From contig CAWETI010000003.1 of the NCBI GenBank assembly GCA_963812015.1, positions 1,920,001 through 1,984,000 on the forward strand: a stretch of 64,000 bases of DNA. The letters are read 5' to 3'. Below are positions 28,666-37,564 of this stretch, piece by piece. The notes under the pieces were generated by a model that made no database searches, was not told the DNA's origin, and saw only the letters and a list, made by a program, of their open reading frames with translations. This stretch comes from an uncultured delta proteobacterium (lineage in GTDB: Bacteria; Desulfobacterota; Desulfobaccia; Desulfobaccales; 0-14-0-80-60-11). Positions within the stretch are counted from its first letter, which is position 1; each line of letters opens with the position of its first letter. A program made the position numbers and the translations under genes.

Positions 28666-29610
28666 ATGGGAACCGGCAAAAAGATCTTGGTTGCAGTGGA
28701 CGGATCTTCTTACTCACTCCATGCCATCAAATATGTGGCCACCCTGTGCTCCGGCTCTCCGGTGGAAGTGAGTCTTCTCCATGTTCTACCCATGGCCTCG
28801 GAGGAACTGCTCCGGCAGATAAGCCTGGACGAAGACTTCAAGTCGAAGATTAAAGAGCAATACGAGCGGTTCAACGACGAGTGCCAGCGTGCGGCTCAGA
28901 AATTCTTGGACCAGGCCAAAGAGATCTTGATCAACTCCGGCTATGTTCCGGACTTTACCATGACCATGCTGCGGCAGTGGCAATCCGGGATTGCCCGGGA
29001 TATCATGGCCGAAGCGAAAAAGGGTTATGATGCCGTGGTCATCGGCAGAAGGGGGATAGGGAGGGTCGAAAGCCTGATGCTGGGAAGTGTCTCGGCCCAG
29101 ATCGTGCAGGGAGTTGATTGGATTCCCATTTGGGTCATCGGCGGGGAAATCCTTTCCAGTAAAATGTTGCTGGCCGTGGATGCTTCGCTAAATTCCCGCC
29201 AGGCGGTGATATACGCCGCCCCATATGCGGCGCAAACCGGGGCGGAAGTCATCCTCTTGCACGTGGTGCGCAAATTCTTTCCCGGCTGGAGCCCGTATTT
29301 GACGTCGGCCGGGGAAGCAATCGAGACGGCGCTCAATGAGAACCTGAAAGCAAAGATTCAGGGAATGTTTGATGATTGCACAGGGTGCCTGGAGAAAGCG
29401 GGCGTGGCGCCTGATAAGATCAGAACATTATGCAAGTTCGGGAGCTATAGCCGTGCGGCCGATATCCTCGCGACCGCCAGAGAGGGAAACTACGGCACCG
29501 TTATTATGGGCAGAAGCGGAATATCAGCAGTACGCGAATTCATTATGGGCCGGGTAACCACCAAGGTGCTGAATGCGGCCGAAGGCCTGGCCGTCTGGAT
29601 TGTCCCCTGA
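28666..29610 (+). CDS. Tandem universal stress protein
   Basis: KKILVAVDGS and KMLLAVDAS; GRRGIG...LGSVS and GRSGIS...MGRVT. Confidence 0.92.
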   Translation: MGTGKKILVAVDGSSYSLHAIKYVATLCSGSPVEVSLLHVLPMASEELLRQISLDEDFKSKIKEQYERFNDECQRAAQKFLDQAKEILINSGYVPDFTMTMLRQWQSGIARDIMAEAKKGYDAVVIGRRGIGRVESLMLGSVSAQIVQGVDWIPIWVIGGEILSSKMLLAVDASLNSRQAVIYAAPYAAQTGAEVILLHVVRKFFPGWSPYLTSAGEAIETALNENLKAKIQGMFDDCTGCLEKAGVAPDKIRTLCKFGSYSRAADILATAREGNYGTVIMGRSGISAVREFIMGRVTTKVLNAAEGLAVWIVP

Positions 29611-29769
29611 ACTCCTCGGAGTGCGCTTGGCCATTGCCACCCAGGAGATAAGCAGTTACTTTTGACCAGAGGTTCGAGAAAGTCCAAAAATTGATCAGGG
29701 CGCTCTTAATCATAAGAATTGATAGATGACGGAAAATTTCATAGCAAACATGGGATAATTATTTTTTGT

Positions 29770-29819
29770 TTGACATAAAAATAATTGATTGATACGTTAG
29801 TTTCAAACATATGTTTTAA
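29770..29819 (+). promoter_or_regulatory. Sigma70 promoter plus putative TetR/CerR operator
   Basis: TTGACA-N17-TACGTT, then the perfect palindrome AAACATATGTTT at 29805-29816. Confidence 0.6.
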
Positions 29820-29829
29820 TGGCGTTCAT

Positions 29830-30522
29830 TTGACGACTATCCCTGCAGAAATTCCGGCCAGTAACGAAACCCGCCAGCGCCTCTTGGAAGCCGCGGGGGA
29901 AGTCTTTGCCAAGAAAGGCTTTCGCAACACCACCATCCGGGAAATCTGTCGCCGGGCCCGGGCCAATCTCGCTGCGGTGAACTATCACTTCGGCGACAAA
30001 GAACGGTTGTACCTTGCGGTCCTGGTATACGCGCATACCCGGGCCCGGGGAAAATACCCCCTTTTTTCCGGCGATTCCGAAGATATCCCCCCGGCGCTCC
30101 GGCTGCGCGCCTTTATCCATGATCTGATGTTCAGTCTCCTGGACGAAGGGATGCCGGCCTGGTACGGCAAATTAATGGCCCGGGAAATGATTGAACCCAC
30201 CACCGCCTTGGATACCTTGGTGGAAAATATGCTGCGGCCGATGGCGGAGAAGTTGGGGGCCATCGTGCGGGAACTGCTGGGGGCCGGGGTGACTGATGAC
30301 CAGGTGCGCTACTGCCAACTGAGTATTGTCAGCCAATGCCTGCATTATCGCCATGCCCGTCCGGTAATTCAACGCCTGTTTCCCCAACAGAGATATGGAG
30401 CAGCAGATATTCAGGCCCTGGTTGACCACATAAGCCGCTTTTCCTTACTCGCCCTGAAAGGACTGGCGCATGGTGAGGATTACTGCCTTGCCGCGGCGTC
30501 AGACGAGAGACCCCAGCCATGA
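29830..30522 (+). CDS. TetR family regulator (CerR/CecR-like)
   Basis: TRQRLLEAAGEVFAKKGF..TTIREICRRARANLAAVNYHFGDKERLY. TTG start inferred. Confidence 0.9.
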   Translation: MTTIPAEIPASNETRQRLLEAAGEVFAKKGFRNTTIREICRRARANLAAVNYHFGDKERLYLAVLVYAHTRARGKYPLFSGDSEDIPPALRLRAFIHDLMFSLLDEGMPAWYGKLMAREMIEPTTALDTLVENMLRPMAEKLGAIVRELLGAGVTDDQVRYCQLSIVSQCLHYRHARPVIQRLFPQQRYGAADIQALVDHISRFSLLALKGLAHGEDYCLAAASDERPQP

Positions 30523-31655
30523 GAGGAATCTTGCGAGTTGCCTTCAAGTTGTTGGTCAATGATCGGGGCAAGTTTGCCGCACTGATCGTCGGAGTCACCT
30601 TCGCTGTGTTTCTTATGGTCCAACTGACCTCGGTATTTTCCGGCATCCTGACCAAGGCCTCGGCTACCATCATCAACGTCGGCGCCAGCGTCTGGGTCAT
30701 GGACCCGGCCGTCAATAATCCTCTCAACAGCATCCAGTTGCCTGATTACATTTTGGACGCGGTGCGCAGCATCGACGGCGTCAAATACGCCGTGCCGTTA
30801 TATTCTGGAGTAGCTCTCGTCAAGCTCCATGACGGCTTCTATCAGCCGGCGACCGTCCTCGGACTGGACGACGCTAGCCTGGTGGGCCGGCCCGAACTTA
30901 TCGCCGGGAAAATTGACGACATTTTTGCCGATAATGGCTTTATCGTGGTAAAAGACGAAGAATTTTCCAAATTAGGAAACCCTAAGCTCGGCACAACTTT
31001 TGAGATCAATGACCACCGGGGGGTCGTGGTCGGGATCGCCAAGGTGGCCAGCAGCACCCTGTTCGGCATCCCGACCCTGTACACGACCTTCACCCGGGCT
31101 ATTCAATATATCCCTTCCACACGGTTTACCATTGCCTATATTTTAGTTGAACCGAAAACTGATAAAGACATCCCCTATATCAAGAATCAGGTGGCCAAGG
31201 CCGGCTATTTGGCGCTGACCAATACCGAATTCCGGCAAATAGTCGCCGACTATTACAAATACCAAACCGGCGTCGGCACCAACATTCTCATCATGACCGT
31301 GATCAGTTTCCTGGTGGGCTTATCCGTTTGTGGCCAGACCTTCTATACCTTCGTTTTGGAAAATCTGGATAAATTCGGCGCCCTGAAAGCTATCGGCGCC
31401 AAGGGTTACGAACTCGTCTACATGATCCTCTTTCAAACTTTGCTCACCGGATTCACCGGCTACGGCCTGGGGGTTGGCTTAAGTTCGCTGATGATCGCGA
31501 TCGCCAAAAGACAGATACCGAATTACGCCGCGGATATAACCTATTTCAATCTTGGCATGGCCTTCGTCATGGTGCTCGTCATCTCCGGGGTTTCAAGTTT
31601 CATCGCGGTGCGAAAAGTGATCAAAGTTGAACCTTTCGATATTTTCAGAGGTTAA
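30519..31655 (+). CDS. ABC exporter permease (FtsX/DevC-like)
   Basis: N-terminal TM, periplasmic domain, FGALKAIGA, three C-terminal TM helices. Confidence 0.9.
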   Translation: MRGILRVAFKLLVNDRGKFAALIVGVTFAVFLMVQLTSVFSGILTKASATIINVGASVWVMDPAVNNPLNSIQLPDYILDAVRSIDGVKYAVPLYSGVALVKLHDGFYQPATVLGLDDASLVGRPELIAGKIDDIFADNGFIVVKDEEFSKLGNPKLGTTFEINDHRGVVVGIAKVASSTLFGIPTLYTTFTRAIQYIPSTRFTIAYILVEPKTDKDIPYIKNQVAKAGYLALTNTEFRQIVADYYKYQTGVGTNILIMTVISFLVGLSVCGQTFYTFVLENLDKFGALKAIGAKGYELVYMILFQTLLTGFTGYGLGVGLSSLMIAIAKRQIPNYAADITYFNLGMAFVMVLVISGVSSFIAVRKVIKVEPFDIFRG

Positions 31656-31657
31656 GC

Positions 31658-32362
31658 ATGGCCGAGGTAGCGGTGAAAGCCGTCGAACTGGTGAAATGGT
31701 TCGGGGCCGAGGAAATCAGAACCTACGCGGTGCAAGAGGTCAGCTTTGAGGCCAATTTTGGCGAAATGCTCTATATCACCGGCCCATCGGGCAGCGGCAA
31801 GACCACCTTGTTGAGCATGATTTCGGGGATTTTGAGACCTAATTCCGGCACGGTCGTGGTGGACGGGAAAGAAATCTGGAATCTTAGCCCCAACGAACTG
31901 GCCGATTTCAGATTGCATAGCATCGGCTTTGTGTTTCAGGACTACCATCTGTTCCCGAAACTGACCACCGCGGAGAACGTCGCTCTCCCCCTGATCCTCA
32001 AGAAGCAAGACTGGGATGAATCTTTACGGCTTGCCGTAGAATTTCTCGAAGTGGTGGGGCTCAAGGACCGGGCCGAGCTGCCGCCCTTCAAGCTAAGCGG
32101 TGGCGAACAACAGCGCGTGGCCTTGGCCAGAGCCATCGTCAGCCGTCCGGACATTTTAATTTTCGATGAACCCACCGCGTCCCTGGACGGCGTCACGGGC
32201 AGAAAGATTATCAGCTTTATTAAAGAAAACTTATTGAACGAACACCGATGTATCCTGATTGTCACCCACGACGCCAGGATCTATGAATATGCGGACCGAA
32301 ACCTCAAGATGGAAGATGGCCGGATTGTGGAGATTGTCAGCGGAGGCATGAGTGAGACATAG
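31658..32362 (+). CDS. ABC transporter ATP-binding protein (LolD/MacB-like)
   Basis: GPSGSGKTT, LSGGEQQRVALARA, DEPTASLD. Confidence 0.94.
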   Translation: MAEVAVKAVELVKWFGAEEIRTYAVQEVSFEANFGEMLYITGPSGSGKTTLLSMISGILRPNSGTVVVDGKEIWNLSPNELADFRLHSIGFVFQDYHLFPKLTTAENVALPLILKKQDWDESLRLAVEFLEVVGLKDRAELPPFKLSGGEQQRVALARAIVSRPDILIFDEPTASLDGVTGRKIISFIKENLLNEHRCILIVTHDARIYEYADRNLKMEDGRIVEIVSGGMSET

Positions 32363-33440
32363 ATTTTTATTAGCCCTGGTGATCCTGGGGGTGGTGGGCG
32401 GGTTGGTCAGCGCCTACGTATACGGCATCCGGAAAAAACCGCTGCCGCCGGCCTTCTATCCGGCCCAGAATCCTTATGTCAAAGGGGTTTATGCCAACGG
32501 CATCATTGAAAGCTACCAATCCAACGGGGAAAACATCAACATCTTTCCCGAAGTCACCGGCACCGTCACCCAGATCCTGGCAAAGGAAGGACAAACGGTA
32601 AAGAAGGGGACCCCGCTCCTGCTGATGGATGATTCGGTGCAACGGGCCACGGTGGAGCAGCAAAAGGCTCAGGCTGAAGCCGCCCTGGTCACGCTGCGTG
32701 AACTGAAAGCCCAGCCGAGATTGGAAGTCCTCAGGGTATCCAAGGCCCAGATGGATTCTGCCGCCGCCAGTCTCAAAACCACCCGGGATTCCCTGAGCAA
32801 ATTGAGAAAATCGTATGCCATGAACCCGCAGTCGGTGAGTAAAGATCAACTGGACAATGCGGAGAATGCTTTCAAGGTAGCTAAAGAAAATCTGGGAGTA
32901 GCCCAGAGGCAGTACCAACTGACCAAAGCCGGGGCCTGGATCTATGACATCCAAAACCAGCAGCATCTCTATGAGGCGTTGACGAAAACCTATGAGAGCG
33001 GGCAGGCGCTCCTGGCCAAATATACCATCCAGGCGCCGGTTGATGGCGTGGTTCTGGCGGTTCGCGCCGCGGAGGGCAGCTACGTGGCGCCGCAGGGGAG
33101 CTATGGCACCTACACCCAAGGCTATAATCCCATTATCGTCATGGGATACCCCCAAGACCCATATCTCGAAGTCAGATGCTATATCGATGAGATTCTCATT
33201 CCCAGGTTGCCACTGGATCCTCACATAGAGGCCCAGATGCAAATCAGGGGGACTGACCGCCGCATCCCCTTGGAATTTGAACGTATCCAGCCCTATGTCA
33301 GCCCCAAGATCGAGCTGTCGGATCAAAAGACCGAACGGGTGGACGTGAGGGTGCTGCCGGTCTTGTTCCGGTTCAAGCCGCCGAAAGATATGAATATCTA
33401 TCCGGGGCAACTGGTGGACGTCTATGTGGAAACGAAATAG
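32352..33440 (+). CDS. HlyD family membrane fusion protein
   Basis: Lipoyl-like GTVTQILAKEGQTVKKG, coiled coil, IQAPVDGVV, YPGQLVDVYV. Confidence 0.9.
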   Translation: MRHRFLLALVILGVVGGLVSAYVYGIRKKPLPPAFYPAQNPYVKGVYANGIIESYQSNGENINIFPEVTGTVTQILAKEGQTVKKGTPLLLMDDSVQRATVEQQKAQAEAALVTLRELKAQPRLEVLRVSKAQMDSAAASLKTTRDSLSKLRKSYAMNPQSVSKDQLDNAENAFKVAKENLGVAQRQYQLTKAGAWIYDIQNQQHLYEALTKTYESGQALLAKYTIQAPVDGVVLAVRAAEGSYVAPQGSYGTYTQGYNPIIVMGYPQDPYLEVRCYIDEILIPRLPLDPHIEAQMQIRGTDRRIPLEFERIQPYVSPKIELSDQKTERVDVRVLPVLFRFKPPKDMNIYPGQLVDVYVETK

Positions 33441-34983
33441 GACCGGCTGCCGTTTGCCGCTTGCCCTCTGCAGCGTACTGTCTTGCCTAGGGTTGATCAC
33501 GAGCTGTGCGGTGGGACCCGACTTTGTGCGCCCGCAGCCACCCGCCGCGACCCAATTTACCCAAGGGCAGGAACCGACCGTAACAGTATCAGCGGACGGC
33601 AAGGCCCAGCACTTTGAACCGGGCGCCAAAATCGCCGCCGATTGGTGGCGTTTGTTCCAATCTCCCCAGTTGGACAAAGTGATCCAGGAAGCTGTGGCTC
33701 AAAACGCTAATCTGCAATCGGCTCAGGCCCGTTTGCGCCAAAGCCAGGAAAACTTGCAGGCGGGCTATGGGGTGTTCTTTCCTCAGGTCAGAGGCAACTT
33801 CTCCCCCACCCGGCAAAGATTCACGAGCGCCCAGTTTGGCGTTAGTAATGCTCCCGGCAGCATCTTCAACCTCTTTACCTCTTCGGTCAGCGTCTCCTAC
33901 GTTCTGGATGTGTTCGGTGGCCAGCGGCGCACCGTCGAGGGGTTAGCAGCCCAGGTGGATTATCAGAACTACACCGCCGCGGCCACCTATCTCACCCTGT
34001 TGGGCAATGTCGTCAATGCCACCATCGCCCAAGCAGCCTATCGAGCCCAGATCGATGCCACGCAGCAGATCATCGGGTTCCAAAAAGAGCAGCTTCACAT
34101 CACCGAAACCCAGGCCCAGGCGGGAACAGTCCCTTACACGAACGTGGTCAGCCTTCAAGCCCAGCTCGCCGCCACCGAGGCGACCCTGCCGCCGTTGAAA
34201 CAAAACCTCAACAAGACCAACCATCTCCTGGCGGCCCTGGTGGGGCGCACCCCGGCGGAATGGTCGGTGCCACAGCTCGATTTGAAGGATTTCACTCTCC
34301 CTAAAGATTTGCCGATCACTCTGCCGTCGGAACTGGTTCGCCAACGGCCTGACATTCTGGCCGCCGAAGCCACGTTACACAGCGCCAGCGCCAATATCGG
34401 GGTGGCGACCGCGGCCATGTTTCCCAGCTTCAACCTGAGTGCGTCCTATGGGCAGACTGCGGTCGAAATCGCCAAGCTCTTCGGTACCGCCGCCAATGTC
34501 TGGAGCTTTGGGGCCAACCTGGCCCAACCCTTATTTACCGGCGGAACCTTGTGGCATCAGCGGAAAGCTGCCATTGAGGCGTATCAGGCCTCCACCTCCG
34601 ACTACCGGCAAGTAGTGGTAAGCGCTTTCCAGCAGGTGGCCGACAGCCTCCGGGCAGTGGAACACGACGCTGAGACTCTGAAGGCGCAAGCCGCGGCGCT
34701 GGCCGCGGCCGATCAAGCCCTGCAACTGGTGCAAACCAACTATAAGGCTGGCCTGGTCAACTATCTACAAGTCCTGACCGCCGATAACCAATACCAGCAA
34801 GCCAGGCTTGGGCTTATTCAGGCCCAGGCGCTGCGTTTCCAGGATAACGCCGCACTGTTAGTCGCCTTGGGCGGGGGCTGGTGGAACCGGGAGCCCCAAA
34901 TGACGGGAAGTAACATGGTTACTCCCATAAAAACAGTTACGCTTCCGGATGCCCAGGCTTCGCAGCCTTCCGGCAGTAGGTGA
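33424..34983 (+). CDS. Outer-membrane efflux lipoprotein (NodT/OprM family)
   Basis: Lipobox ITSC-AVGPDF, WWRLF, LPSELVRQRPDILAAE, ALGGGW. Confidence 0.93.
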   Translation: MWKRNRTGCRLPLALCSVLSCLGLITSCAVGPDFVRPQPPAATQFTQGQEPTVTVSADGKAQHFEPGAKIAADWWRLFQSPQLDKVIQEAVAQNANLQSAQARLRQSQENLQAGYGVFFPQVRGNFSPTRQRFTSAQFGVSNAPGSIFNLFTSSVSVSYVLDVFGGQRRTVEGLAAQVDYQNYTAAATYLTLLGNVVNATIAQAAYRAQIDATQQIIGFQKEQLHITETQAQAGTVPYTNVVSLQAQLAATEATLPPLKQNLNKTNHLLAALVGRTPAEWSVPQLDLKDFTLPKDLPITLPSELVRQRPDILAAEATLHSASANIGVATAAMFPSFNLSASYGQTAVEIAKLFGTAANVWSFGANLAQPLFTGGTLWHQRKAAIEAYQASTSDYRQVVVSAFQQVADSLRAVEHDAETLKAQAAALAAADQALQLVQTNYKAGLVNYLQVLTADNQYQQARLGLIQAQALRFQDNAALLVALGGGWWNREPQMTGSNMVTPIKTVTLPDAQASQPSGSR

Positions 34984-35054
34984 GGGTCCGGACAGCCGTA
35001 GACCTAAAAATTCGGGCGTACGATCAAGTATGCCCCTCCGCCTAAACCATTCTG

Positions 35055-35070
35055 CTTCGATTGCAACCTG
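35055..35070 (+). repeat. 16-bp direct repeat, copy 2
   Basis: CTTCGATTGCAACCTG, identical at 27117-27132. Confidence 0.65.
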
Positions 35071-35080
35071 GCTGCGCGGG

Positions 35081-36280
35081 TCAGGTAAGGCGGAGCAGGG
35101 TCACCTCTGGCCGGGAATTCAAGCGTATCGGGGTGAACGTGGTCCCGATCCCGCGACTTACGTAGAGATGGGAGTCTTTAATCCGGTACAGCCCCTCAGG
35201 ATAGGGGGTCAGCAGGTGGGCCAGGCTGAGATTCAGACCCGGCAGGCCAAACTTGATCTGTCCCCCATGATAATGGCCCGATAGGGTGAGCGGGACACCG
35301 TGAGAAGCGGCCAAAGGAAAAATCTCCGGCCGATGCGAAAGCAGGATCGTCGGGATGGTAGAATCCAGTCCCTGCAAGGCGCCTGCCAAATCGGGATTTC
35401 CGGATCGGAGGTCATCGATACCGGCCACCGCCAACGAACCCTGTTCGGTCTGAATCACCCGGTGGGCGTTGAGCAGAAACGTGATCCGGTGCTGCCGGAA
35501 CCTTGCCAGGATATCACTCTGCTGCCCATACCAACACTCATGATTGCCCATGGTGGCGAAGGTGCCGTACCGGGCGCGGACCCGGGCCATCTCCTCCACG
35601 CACTCGGGAAGAAATTCCATAGAGTTCGAGATATAATCCCCGGTGAGGACAAACAAATCAGGCTCTAGGGCTGCGACTTGATCGGCATAGCGCCGTATCT
35701 CCGCACGGGTCATAAAAACCCCGGCATGGATGTCGGTGAGTTGAACCACCCGCAAAGCACGACCAAAGGGTAAGGTGAGCTCCCGGACCTCATAAGCCTT
35801 GCTACCATAGGCAGCCCCGTATCCGGAGAGAATCAAGGGCGCCGCGGCAAGCCCACTCACTCCAGCTAGAAGAAAACGGCGGCGCTGGAGGTTCACGGGA
35901 ATAGCGGATTTCTGGCTGTCCAGGCCGCGACCGCATCGAATTACGATCCTCCCCACCCCCACAAGAAACTGGGCCAGGCCGAGGAGCAGGGCCGATAAGA
36001 TCGACCCGAAGGTCCACACCGCGGGAAAATAGAACAGGATGACATCTGCCACCGCCGGCGGGTCCACCCAGGGGATCGGCCTGGATAAGATGAACGTGTT
36101 CATGGCAAAGAGCGAGGCGATGGTGAGGCCCACCACGCCGATAAGTATGGATTTGCACAGGTTGGAACGCTGCGAGGCCCTGATGACCTGCCCGATTCGG
36201 AGAAAGAGGTAAAATTGGGCGAAGACCACAACGACCGAGATAATCAGGCGCAGCTGACCAAAATGCACTCCAGGTCTCAT
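35081..36280 (-). CDS. Membrane-anchored metallophosphoesterase (YkuE-like)
   Basis: DIH, TGD, GNHE, LSHRP, SGHYHGGQ motifs; N-terminal TM helices. Confidence 0.92.
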   Translation of the reverse strand: MRPGVHFGQLRLIISVVVVFAQFYLFLRIGQVIRASQRSNLCKSILIGVVGLTIASLFAMNTFILSRPIPWVDPPAVADVILFYFPAVWTFGSILSALLLGLAQFLVGVGRIVIRCGRGLDSQKSAIPVNLQRRRFLLAGVSGLAAAPLILSGYGAAYGSKAYEVRELTLPFGRALRVVQLTDIHAGVFMTRAEIRRYADQVAALEPDLFVLTGDYISNSMEFLPECVEEMARVRARYGTFATMGNHECWYGQQSDILARFRQHRITFLLNAHRVIQTEQGSLAVAGIDDLRSGNPDLAGALQGLDSTIPTILLSHRPEIFPLAASHGVPLTLSGHYHGGQIKFGLPGLNLSLAHLLTPYPEGLYRIKDSHLYVSRGIGTTFTPIRLNSRPEVTLLRLT

Positions 36281-36287
36281 GGTTTTA

Positions 36288-37355
36288 TTATCTCAGGGTA
36301 ATGGCTTTCTCAGGACAGATTTCCTGACAGCAAAAGGATGTGATGCAGGTATCGAGGTCCACCTGGGGCAGGTTGTCACACATGGACAAAGCCGATACCG
36401 GGCATTGCTCGATGCACGTGCCACAGGCGGTGCACCACTCCGGATTAGCTTGGGGGCGCAAGAGCGTACGATCATGGATGAGGGCCTGGATGGTCTCGTT
36501 GTGAAACACTGCTTCACCGCTAAGGGGGGGCAGCTTGAAATCAGGCAGCGCTTTCAACTCCCCCATGATCTCAATGTGACTCAGGTCATAGTCCCCCAAG
36601 CCCGCTTCCCTGGCCTTTCGGAGGAATAGCAACTGCTCCGGTTCACAACCCATCATCGTAGCCATGACGGCATCCAGGGCCACCGCGTTATCAGAGGCCA
36701 GGATCAGACCGATCTCCCTCAAGTCGGGGGAAGCCGGACCATTTCCCTCCATACCGACTACCGCGTCCACCAGGAAAAAGTCGGGGACCCGCAGCCGGAA
36801 CACGTCGACGATCACCTCATGGAAGCGTTCGGGGTTGCCCGCCGCCTTGTGAAGCTTGGCCTTTTGGGCGCCGGGCAAAAAACCGTAACTGTTTTTGATG
36901 GCCCCGGTCATGACCGTCAAGCCGTGGGTTTTGAATTTCGGTAGGCTGATGATGATATCGGCATCCCGGACAATCCGGGACAGGCTCACCGTGGGCATAA
37001 AACCAGGATTGAAGTCAACCTGGAGGGAATTGTTGCCGATGTTCTGGTAATAACCCTTAGCTGCTTCCATGAGGCCGGTCTTTTGAAAGCTCTCCTCGTT
37101 GGCTCCATAATTAAACAGACCAGGGTTGTCGCCGACTACAATGGCGGCGGGCCCCATGGTTTCCACCTTTTCCACCACGGCGCGCAGCACCGCAGGATGG
37201 GTGACGATGCCCTCACCGGCTTCCGAGATCCGCAGCACATTGGGTTTGATCAACACACTTTTCCCACGGATTTCCAGGGGGAAAAGTTCAAAAGCCCGGT
37301 CGACTGCCTGATGGACATTCTCATAGGTAGCAGGGCGGATCATGACTTTTGACAT
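36288..37355 (-). CDS. DUF362 protein with C-terminal 2x4Fe-4S ferredoxin
   Basis: VLIKPN, THP, SLPKFKTH, TGAIKN, GMEGNGP, CTACGTCIEQCP. Confidence 0.9.
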   Translation of the reverse strand: MSKVMIRPATYENVHQAVDRAFELFPLEIRGKSVLIKPNVLRISEAGEGIVTHPAVLRAVVEKVETMGPAAIVVGDNPGLFNYGANEESFQKTGLMEAAKGYYQNIGNNSLQVDFNPGFMPTVSLSRIVRDADIIISLPKFKTHGLTVMTGAIKNSYGFLPGAQKAKLHKAAGNPERFHEVIVDVFRLRVPDFFLVDAVVGMEGNGPASPDLREIGLILASDNAVALDAVMATMMGCEPEQLLFLRKAREAGLGDYDLSHIEIMGELKALPDFKLPPLSGEAVFHNETIQALIHDRTLLRPQANPEWCTACGTCIEQCPVSALSMCDNLPQVDLDTCITSFCCQEICPEKAITLR

Positions 37356-37564
37356 AGTCTTACCTTTAGTACCTATTTTGACGTACCTTATAATTATAAC
37401 ATGCTTATCTTGGCATAGCATGGCTCGTAAGCTTTTGAGAATTTGCATGGAAAATCGCAAAATTTTTATACGGCCGGATTCCAATTACCAGAGATGATGA
37501 ACCCTCGGTCGCTGACCTGCCCCCAGTAGTTGTACCAAGTCTTAGGTTAGTCTGGGGGGCACGG

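Noticed and set aside
36288..36360. Cys-to-Ser change in the second ferredoxin motif (CITSFCCQEICP)
   Set aside because: An adjacent extra Cys is present and a single substitution is not interpretable without alignment.
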